50,728 bases of DNA from positions 1-50,728 of IMG/VR virus record IMGVR_UViG_3300032218_003147, one strand, 5' to 3'. The notes under the pieces are model-generated. The model was not told the DNA's origin. It worked only from the letters and a program-made list of their open reading frames with translations, and searched no databases. Below, piece after piece: positions 35,827 to 41,582 of the stretch. Position numbers and translations under genes: made by a program. The DNA comes from a virus (lineage: Duplodnaviria; Caudoviricetes). Positions within the stretch are counted from its first letter, which is position 1; every line of letters begins with the position of its first letter.

Positions 35827-36003
35827 TTAGTTAGTTACCTTCCAATTAGTAGCAAACGGCAAGCGGTCAAAATCATCATAGACCCAAAATCGGTCAATGT
35901 TTTGTTCGCAATTTATGCAGAAAGTATATTCTGCATCTTGATGTGACGAGATAGCACTCTCGTTTGGTGTGTGCGTTACGCACTCTTTTGTTAATGTAGT
36001 CAT
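35827..36003 (-). CDS. Small zinc-binding protein (58 aa)
   Basis: C..H.P....TFCINCEQNI; GAAAGGTGG RBS. Confidence 0.6.
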   Translation of the reverse strand: MTTLTKECVTHTPNESAISSHQDAEYTFCINCEQNIDRFWVYDDFDRLPFATNWKVTN

Positions 36004-36038
36004 ATTAAGACCACCTTTCTTTTTTCTTTATGTATGGA

Positions 36039-36060
36039 ATTATAACACGGGGGACTGACA
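36039..36060 (-). promoter_or_regulatory. PafBC/RecA-NDp-type promoter
   Basis: TGTCAG-TCCCCCGTGT-TATAAT. Confidence 0.8.
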
Positions 36061-36113
36061 AATATGCCCGTTTTTCGGGCGTGTCGCAAAACTATTTTTG
36101 TGATATGTATCAC

Positions 36114-36128
36114 CAAACAGATGTTCGA
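36114..36128. promoter_or_regulatory. LexA (SOS) box, one mismatch
   Basis: CAAAC-AGAT-GTTCGA versus consensus CGAAC-N4-GTTCG. Confidence 0.55.
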
Positions 36129-36159
36129 TGTATTCTTTATTTAATTTTTGTATAATGGA

Positions 36160-36181
36160 ATTATAGCAGGGGGGACTGACA
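36160..36181 (-). promoter_or_regulatory. PafBC/RecA-NDp-type promoter
   Basis: TGTCAG-TCCCCCCTGC-TATAAT. Confidence 0.8.
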
Positions 36182-36269
36182 TTTTTGGGTGTTTTTCGGG
36201 CGTGTCGCAAAACTATTTTTGTGAAGTGCGTCACAGGCGGGGGCCCCCAAATTTTTGAGGGGATCTCAG

Positions 36270-36443
36270 CTAGTCCTCCAAGCAAGCAAGTTCAAATTTA
36301 TTTGGTGAAAAGTTTTTATTATCTGCATGAAAAAAATCTGCAAACTCTAAAACTAAATCTTCAAAAACAAATTGGTCTGCAATAAGAGGGCGAAACTCTT
36401 TTAAGATATTCGATACTGCTACATAGTCTTTGCGTGTCATCAT
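36270..36443 (-). CDS. Small protein (MMTRKDYV family, paralog B; not in ORF track)
   Basis: MMTRKDYVAVSNILKEF...FEDLVLEFADFFHADNKNF...C. Confidence 0.7.
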   Translation of the reverse strand: MMTRKDYVAVSNILKEFRPLIADQFVFEDLVLEFADFFHADNKNFSPNKFELACLED

Positions 36444-36734
36444 TTAATTATTCTCCCATTTTTCAATATCTTCAATAAATTTATTTATTTGGTGTTCCAT
36501 TAAATCATCTGCCATAGCGTCAAATTTATCTTCACCTAAGCAAACTAATGCAACACCCGTTGCAACAGTTGCGGAAAGTGTTGCAGAATATTCAAACAAC
36601 AAATTTCCTAATTCTTCAATATCAGCACCACGAGAAACACCAGCAATAATGTCTCTTGCTTTATTTAGCACTACATCATCAACAATAGAACGATTAGAAA
36701 TATCTTTAATAAGATTAGCGGTTTCAAAATTCAT
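36444..36734 (-). CDS. Hypothetical helical protein
   Basis: TAATG-coupled ATG at 36734; GAGGAG RBS. Confidence 0.6.
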   Translation of the reverse strand: MNFETANLIKDISNRSIVDDVVLNKARDIIAGVSRGADIEELGNLLFEYSATLSATVATGVALVCLGEDKFDAMADDLMEHQINKFIEDIEKWENN

Positions 36735-36913
36735 TAGTGTTGCTCCTCGCAATTAGTATAAGGGTCAAATTGGCAAAACATGCAACCCATTTTTTCAAAA
36801 TGGTTTTCGCAATAATAAGCGAATTGGATTTCATCACAACAAATAAATGTCGTGTAGTCAGTTAAATAGTTTTCGTCAATGTGACGCAAAACAAGGGTAG
36901 GATTAGTAGTCAT
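36734..36913 (-). CDS. Small Cys-rich protein (59 aa)
   Basis: CCDE.Q..YYC..H.E.MGC.FC; GAGG RBS. Confidence 0.6.
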   Translation of the reverse strand: MTTNPTLVLRHIDENYLTDYTTFICCDEIQFAYYCENHFEKMGCMFCQFDPYTNCEEQH

Positions 36914-37039
36914 ATTATTTGACCTCTTTCTTTAGTACGGATAGGGCATTGGCAAGGCTTGCTTTACGCTGTGCCTCTACCATTTCTTTATATTCTTCAA
37001 GTGTCATTTTTTGACCTTTCTTTAGTTTCTTATAATGGA

Positions 37040-37061
37040 ATTATAACACAGGGGACTGACA
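37040..37061 (-). promoter_or_regulatory. PafBC/RecA-NDp-type promoter
   Basis: TGTCAG-TCCCCTGTGT-TATAAT. Confidence 0.8.
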
Positions 37062-37170
37062 AATATGGGTACTTTTATCGGCGTGTCGGAATTTATTTTT
37101 GTGATATACGCCACAGGCGGGGGCCCTATACAGGGGATCGCTATATGCAGGGCCCCCAAATTTTAGCGAT

Positions 37171-37287
37171 TTATTTCAGCTGTTTTATTTCTTGAATGAA
37201 ATCTTTTATCACTAACCTAAACATGATAAAGGCGGGAATTGCAATAAACAACTGCACTAGTGTAGTTAATAATCTATTAGTACTCAT
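37171..37287 (-). CDS. Small membrane protein
   Basis: MSTNRLLTTLVQLFIAIPAFIMF; GAAGGG RBS. Confidence 0.5.
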   Translation of the reverse strand: MSTNRLLTTLVQLFIAIPAFIMFRLVIKDFIQEIKQLK

Positions 37288-37517
37288 TAGATACCCTTCG
37301 CTAACATGATACATATACAACCCACAACAATAAAAGTAAATACAATAAACACTATTTAACTCCCTTATATAGATAACTCCATGCCTTACGGCATACCATG
37401 ATTGACTTACAATTATCGCAACAGATAACACCATCACGATTTAACTCTAGGTCATATACATCTATGCTAGTGCTTACTGCACCACACACAGACTTAACAG
37501 ATACAGACATGCTCATA

Positions 37518-37715
37518 TTACTTACCTACTTTCTTATTACCATATAAGGACATATAGCGTTTAACAATAACGCTACCTTTATCCATACCATATTTATTTA
37601 TAAGGTAATCGCATTGTGTTAATGTTAATGCGAATACAGGTTTAGGAGAGTAACCTGCATACTCTAAGCCAAACTCTATGGCTATATCCTTACGGATTTC
37701 GTTAGTGTAGTTCAT
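37518..37715 (-). CDS. Hypothetical protein
   Basis: GAAAGGTGG RBS. Confidence 0.6.
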   Translation of the reverse strand: MNYTNEIRKDIAIEFGLEYAGYSPKPVFALTLTQCDYLINKYGMDKGSVIVKRYMSLYGNKKVGK

Positions 37716-37824
37716 GATGAACCACCTTTCTTTAATTTGATTAGACTTTCTAATCTATTTGCTGACCTGATTATTTGCTTATTACTAAGGCTCACAGGAT
37801 TTCTTATTTAATTGTTATACTGGA

Positions 37825-37846
37825 AGTATAACATCACCCACTGACA
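37825..37846 (-). promoter_or_regulatory. PafBC/RecA-NDp-type promoter
   Basis: TGTCAG-TGGGTGATGT-TATACT. Confidence 0.8.
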
Positions 37847-37899
37847 AATTAGCCCGTTTCTCGGGCGTGTCTACCAATTATTTTTGTGATTTACATCAC

Positions 37900-37914
37900 C
37901 GAACAAGTGTTCGA
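37900..37914. promoter_or_regulatory. LexA (SOS) box
   Basis: CGAAC-AAGT-GTTCGA, matching the actinobacterial consensus. Confidence 0.7.
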
Positions 37915-37946
37915 TTTATTCACTATTTAATTTTTTGTATACGGGA

Positions 37947-37968
37947 AGTATAACAGATAACACCGACA
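37947..37968 (-). promoter_or_regulatory. PafBC/RecA-NDp-type promoter
   Basis: TGTCGG-TGTTATCTGT-TATACT. Confidence 0.8.
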
Positions 37969-38386
37969 AAATCAAGTCGACACGCCGTGTTTATGCAAAG
38001 TATTTATGTGATGTGCACCACATGCGGGGGCGGGTCCCTTTTCGGGCGCACTATTATTTTTTTTAAAAGATAGTTGATATATGTATCATACATGAAAAAT
38101 TTCCATTAACATTTTGATCAAATTGAAAAAAGGGGCGGGAGTTCCCTAGAAATTACAATTATCCAATATTACTATAAGGAATATACACTCTAGATAGCTA
38201 CAATATAATCACAATATAATAAATACAGCGCAATTGGTATGATTTTATAAAAAATAAAAATAAAATCGACGGGAATGTGATCAGAATCCTAGAAACTATA
38301 AATAAACACTTAACATAAGATCATTACATACGTCTAGAATATATTTACATTAGCCAAAATTCAATATTTTGATCAAAAATCGATTT

Positions 38387-38596
38387 TTAAGATTCAATAT
38401 CGCTATCATCTTCAATTAAGAAAGAGGGGGAAGGTGCAAGGACACGTCCTTGCTCGTGCAAATTGCTAAGTCCCTTAGCATCTGCACCTAGTTTATCAGC
38501 TATAATGGACAACATATCATAATTTCGTTGTTCTTGGATAAATATAGCTCCCAATAGCTCACGTATATTGTCTATAGCATCATTCATCTGTTTCAT
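38387..38596 (-). CDS. Hypothetical protein
   Basis: Overlapping ORF in the thyX operon. Confidence 0.6.
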   Translation of the reverse strand: MKQMNDAIDNIRELLGAIFIQEQRNYDMLSIIADKLGADAKGLSNLHEQGRVLAPSPSFLIEDDSDIES

Positions 38597-38840
38597 TTAT
38601 ATTTCCTAGCGTCTCGTGTATTATATGATCCCATTTATTTCTTTCCATTCCTGGCGAATTGTTGATTATGAGATCCTTATCCTCATTATAATCTATATAT
38701 ATCCAAGATCTAGGATCCATTTCAACTTTTCCCGCCAAAATTTCCTGTTTACCAGTTTTAATATGAAGAGATATAGACCAATCATCCTCAGTTTCATCAA
38801 ATGGTTCTATATAAGATCTTTCAAGCCAAATTTGAGCCAT
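38580..38840 (-). CDS. Hypothetical protein
   Basis: Overlapping ORF in the thyX operon. Confidence 0.55.
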   Translation of the reverse strand: MAQIWLERSYIEPFDETEDDWSISLHIKTGKQEILAGKVEMDPRSWIYIDYNEDKDLIINNSPGMERNKWDHIIHETLGNINETDE

Positions 38841-39552
38841 TTATCAACTTCAAAGAATTGGGGAATTGTGTTTCTGCTAAATCGCTCACTCTTTTTGCCA
38901 ATTCCTGTATTTCAAATTGGGCATCATGAGGTAAACGTTGATTTAAAAAGTTCATTACTCCATGCAAACTCACTGTCCAGCGATATCGGACGTACATTCC
39001 ATATGCAGGTAAAAATAATCTAGCAACTTCAGGAGCAATTCCGTCTTCTAAAGCCTTTTTATATAGGGCTTGACCATATCCCACCAATTCCGTCATTTTA
39101 TCGCTGTAATAGGCTCCTAAAGCCATTTCTACAGGCTTCCCAGATCCTTGCTTGGAATTTTCTGGAGCTGAACGCCAAGAATTTGGAGTAGGTATATAAA
39201 ATTCTTCATTTTCAGTGACATATCTCCTTGACGACTCATTCCAGCCGTTTTGATCGTCTACAAAAGTTGATGCTACTGTATATTTCCAATGTTGTCTTGC
39301 AACCATTAAGGGTGCATATATCTCAAAAGATAATACGGCATGTCTAAAAGGGGAAGTATGTTCATTCTCCCAAAGAAATTTTAAAAGTCCTTCATCCCGA
39401 ACGCTCAATGTCCCGTCGGGATTTGTGGATGATTGTTTATCATAAGATACTCTTGCAGCATTCGCTATATCCAGATCAGTCCCCATAGAATTAACAAGGC
39501 CAACATAGCCTTTATCTAAATAAGGTAGATAATTATTCGGTAACTGCTTCAC
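38821..39552 (-). CDS. thyX: FAD-dependent thymidylate synthase
   Basis: NAARVSY, HTSPFRH, VARQ, WNESSRRY, EVARLFLP, AQFEI. Confidence 0.92.
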   Translation of the reverse strand: MKQLPNNYLPYLDKGYVGLVNSMGTDLDIANAARVSYDKQSSTNPDGTLSVRDEGLLKFLWENEHTSPFRHAVLSFEIYAPLMVARQHWKYTVASTFVDDQNGWNESSRRYVTENEEFYIPTPNSWRSAPENSKQGSGKPVEMALGAYYSDKMTELVGYGQALYKKALEDGIAPEVARLFLPAYGMYVRYRWTVSLHGVMNFLNQRLPHDAQFEIQELAKRVSDLAETQFPNSLKLINGSNLA

Positions 39553-39763
39553 GTTCTACGACCTTTTTAATATTCTCATATAATTGTTGTCCAACTTTAA
39601 TTTTATATGAGCATGCATAGCATTGTAAAGTTATTGTATCATGTTCATCGATACTATGGTACAAACTATAAATATTGTCTTCATGCATAGGACAGGTCAG
39701 GGCTTTCGCCCTGCCTGCCTCTGCTATTTTTATATACTCTGAAAAGAGTTGTATTCTCATCAT
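39533..39763 (-). CDS. Zinc-ribbon protein
   Basis: CPMH...LQCYACSY. Confidence 0.6.
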   Translation of the reverse strand: MMRIQLFSEYIKIAEAGRAKALTCPMHEDNIYSLYHSIDEHDTITLQCYACSYKIKVGQQLYENIKKVVEREAVTE

Positions 39764-40455
39764 GATATAGCTATGTTTGCTCTCTTAAATACAGCATTAA
39801 CATATTGCTGAACGGTAGGATTTCCTGGAACTGGTTTGTTCCAAGTTTTCATATCGTTAGCCCTAGATGGCAATAGGTGTGACGCAATTACTTTTCTCCA
39901 GTCGTGATACTTGGCATAATTGTATTCAAGTTCATGAATTACCCTCATATCCTGTATCCAACTGGGAGCTTTGCAAGCATCCTTATATCCCATAAAGTTG
40001 TTCCATGTTCTAGGCATGTATTGGTATGCACCACATGCACTACTAGAGTAAGACTTGCGTGTATATGCTCCAACTCCCCCCGTTTCGGTGGACTTTAAAG
40101 CATTCGCTAGTCTTGATATCATTACCCGTTTGTCTACTCTTGATTTTAAATTTAGCTTTTTGCTATATTCGGGCATTATAAAAGTGTTTCTAGAAGATAA
40201 ATCATTAATTAGATAAAGAGTTTTAACTTTCAGTTTCTCTTTACTATTTAATATATATTTATAATCTATATTAATTATATCTTTTATATTAACTAAATTA
40301 TTAAATTTATTAATATATAATATATTTTTATTATACACTATCATTTCCTTCATTTGAGCCTGGGCTTCGGAATTAATTCCAAAAAGCATTGTGATAATAG
40401 TCACATATATCATAACCAGAGCTGTTCTCATCCTTACTTTGTTCTCATTATTCAT
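39760..40455 (-). CDS. Membrane-anchored lytic transglycosylase (SLT/lysozyme-like)
   Basis: N-terminal TM; ETGG, A.GAYQY...TW, QD, YV; AGGAGG RBS before ATG 40455. Confidence 0.75.
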   Translation of the reverse strand: MNNENKVRMRTALVMIYVTIITMLFGINSEAQAQMKEMIVYNKNILYINKFNNLVNIKDIINIDYKYILNSKEKLKVKTLYLINDLSSRNTFIMPEYSKKLNLKSRVDKRVMISRLANALKSTETGGVGAYTRKSYSSSACGAYQYMPRTWNNFMGYKDACKAPSWIQDMRVIHELEYNYAKYHDWRKVIASHLLPSRANDMKTWNKPVPGNPTVQQYVNAVFKRANIAIS

Positions 40456-40530
40456 TTTGAACCTCCTGGGGGTAAGAGTAGTATTAACAATACTATCATG
40501 ATATACTAAGAAAAACAAGTTAGGATTTTA

Positions 40531-41532
40531 ATGAAAGTCTCTTTTACGGGTGCTCCCGAGTATATGGATCGCAGCGTTGGGTATGGTGAAGCATCATTTA
40601 ATATATTTAATTCATTAGAAAAATTTGGTATAGAATGTCTAGTTAAATCAGATGATGCACAAATTGGTATATCATTTACACAACCAGACAGATATGATTT
40701 TATGAAACATCAATATAGAATTGGTTATACTCCCTGGGAATCTACTGGAATATTTAATGAATGGAAATCTCCATTAAATAATTTAATAAATGAATTATGG
40801 ACAACATCTCCTTGGTGTGCTAAAATGTTTTCTAAACATACTAATAAACCCGTATTTGTTTACGAACATGGTATAGATGATGGATGGATTCCTAAGAAAA
40901 GGGAAATTAATAAAACCCGTCCTTTTAGATTTTTACATATAGGAGAACCGTCATTTAGAAAAGATGGTCAAATGGTTGTTGATTCATTTATAAGTTTATT
41001 TGGAGATAATCCAGATTATGAGTTAATTATAAAAGCTAGCAGAATTAATACAACAAGAATTTTTGATAAACAAACGGGATTGGTAAAAGGATCCCCACCT
41101 GCATTTTATAAAAATGTTAGAATTATAGAGTCAGTACTATCTGTAGAACAAATTAATGGATTGTATGATTTATGTGATGTAATTGTATACCCAAGTTGGG
41201 GAGAAGGATTTGGATTAATTCCTTTACAAGGAATGGCAAAAGGTATTCCAACAATATGTACTGGAGCTTGGGCACCATATGAAAAATATATTACGATGCC
41301 TTTAGATTCTTCTGAAATAGCTTCCCCTTGGCCATCAGTACATCCAGGTGAAATGTTAAGGCCAGATTATTCACAACTGAAGTTTTACATGAAAGATGTT
41401 ACTGAAGATTATGAAACATATGCAAAAATAGCATACAGAAACTCATTTTTAATACATAAAGATTATAATTGGCTAAAGGTATCTAAACCTGCAGTTGAGA
41501 GATTGAAAAAAATACAAAAAGAGCATTTTTAG
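40531..41532 (+). CDS. GT-B glycosyltransferase (GT4-like)
   Basis: GY...., WES, RK, YPSWGEGFGLIPLQGMAKG.P.I.T. Confidence 0.88.
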   Translation: MKVSFTGAPEYMDRSVGYGEASFNIFNSLEKFGIECLVKSDDAQIGISFTQPDRYDFMKHQYRIGYTPWESTGIFNEWKSPLNNLINELWTTSPWCAKMFSKHTNKPVFVYEHGIDDGWIPKKREINKTRPFRFLHIGEPSFRKDGQMVVDSFISLFGDNPDYELIIKASRINTTRIFDKQTGLVKGSPPAFYKNVRIIESVLSVEQINGLYDLCDVIVYPSWGEGFGLIPLQGMAKGIPTICTGAWAPYEKYITMPLDSSEIASPWPSVHPGEMLRPDYSQLKFYMKDVTEDYETYAKIAYRNSFLIHKDYNWLKVSKPAVERLKKIQKEHF

Positions 41533-41582
41533 AAATAAATTGTGATACACTAGGATTCTACTAAAAGAGAAAAAGAGGAAAA

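Larger units (their letters stand above)
31631..37986. promoter_or_regulatory. Dispersed GACACGCC (WhiA-type GACAC) boxes
   Basis: Plus strand at 31631, 32830, 34088, 35304, 37979; minus strand at 36078, 36199, 37080, 37864. Confidence 0.65.
31608..38022. promoter_or_regulatory. Dispersed CRP/GlxR-type boxes TGTGA-N6-(T/C)CAC(A/C)
   Basis: At 31608, 32849, 34055, 35253, 35281, 36099, 36220, 37100, 37885 and 38007; also 25020 and 25107. Confidence 0.75.
28330..38037. repeat. Dispersed GGGGGCCC(CC) boundary elements
   Basis: At 28330, 30287, 31646, 32868, 34101, 35319, 36239 and 37119, with a variant at 38026. Confidence 0.8.

Noticed and set aside
36040-36385. ORF-track entries crossing the regulatory cassettes (also 34056-34256, 36959-37195, and the 5' extensions to 30300, 32547, 34006 and 35232)
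   Set aside because: They are translations of promoter/operator DNA with no RBS; better starts lie downstream of the promoters.
27629-37968. TTGTCA as an ordinary -35 hexamer
   Set aside because: It lies only 11 nt from the -10 wherever it occurs, incompatible with the 16-19 nt spacing needed by sigma-A.
27629-38037. Dispersed repeats as a CRISPR array or integron attC sites
   Set aside because: Repeats are short, degenerate and hundreds of bp apart, resolve into promoter and operator motifs, lack attC R/L box structure, and no integrase is seen.
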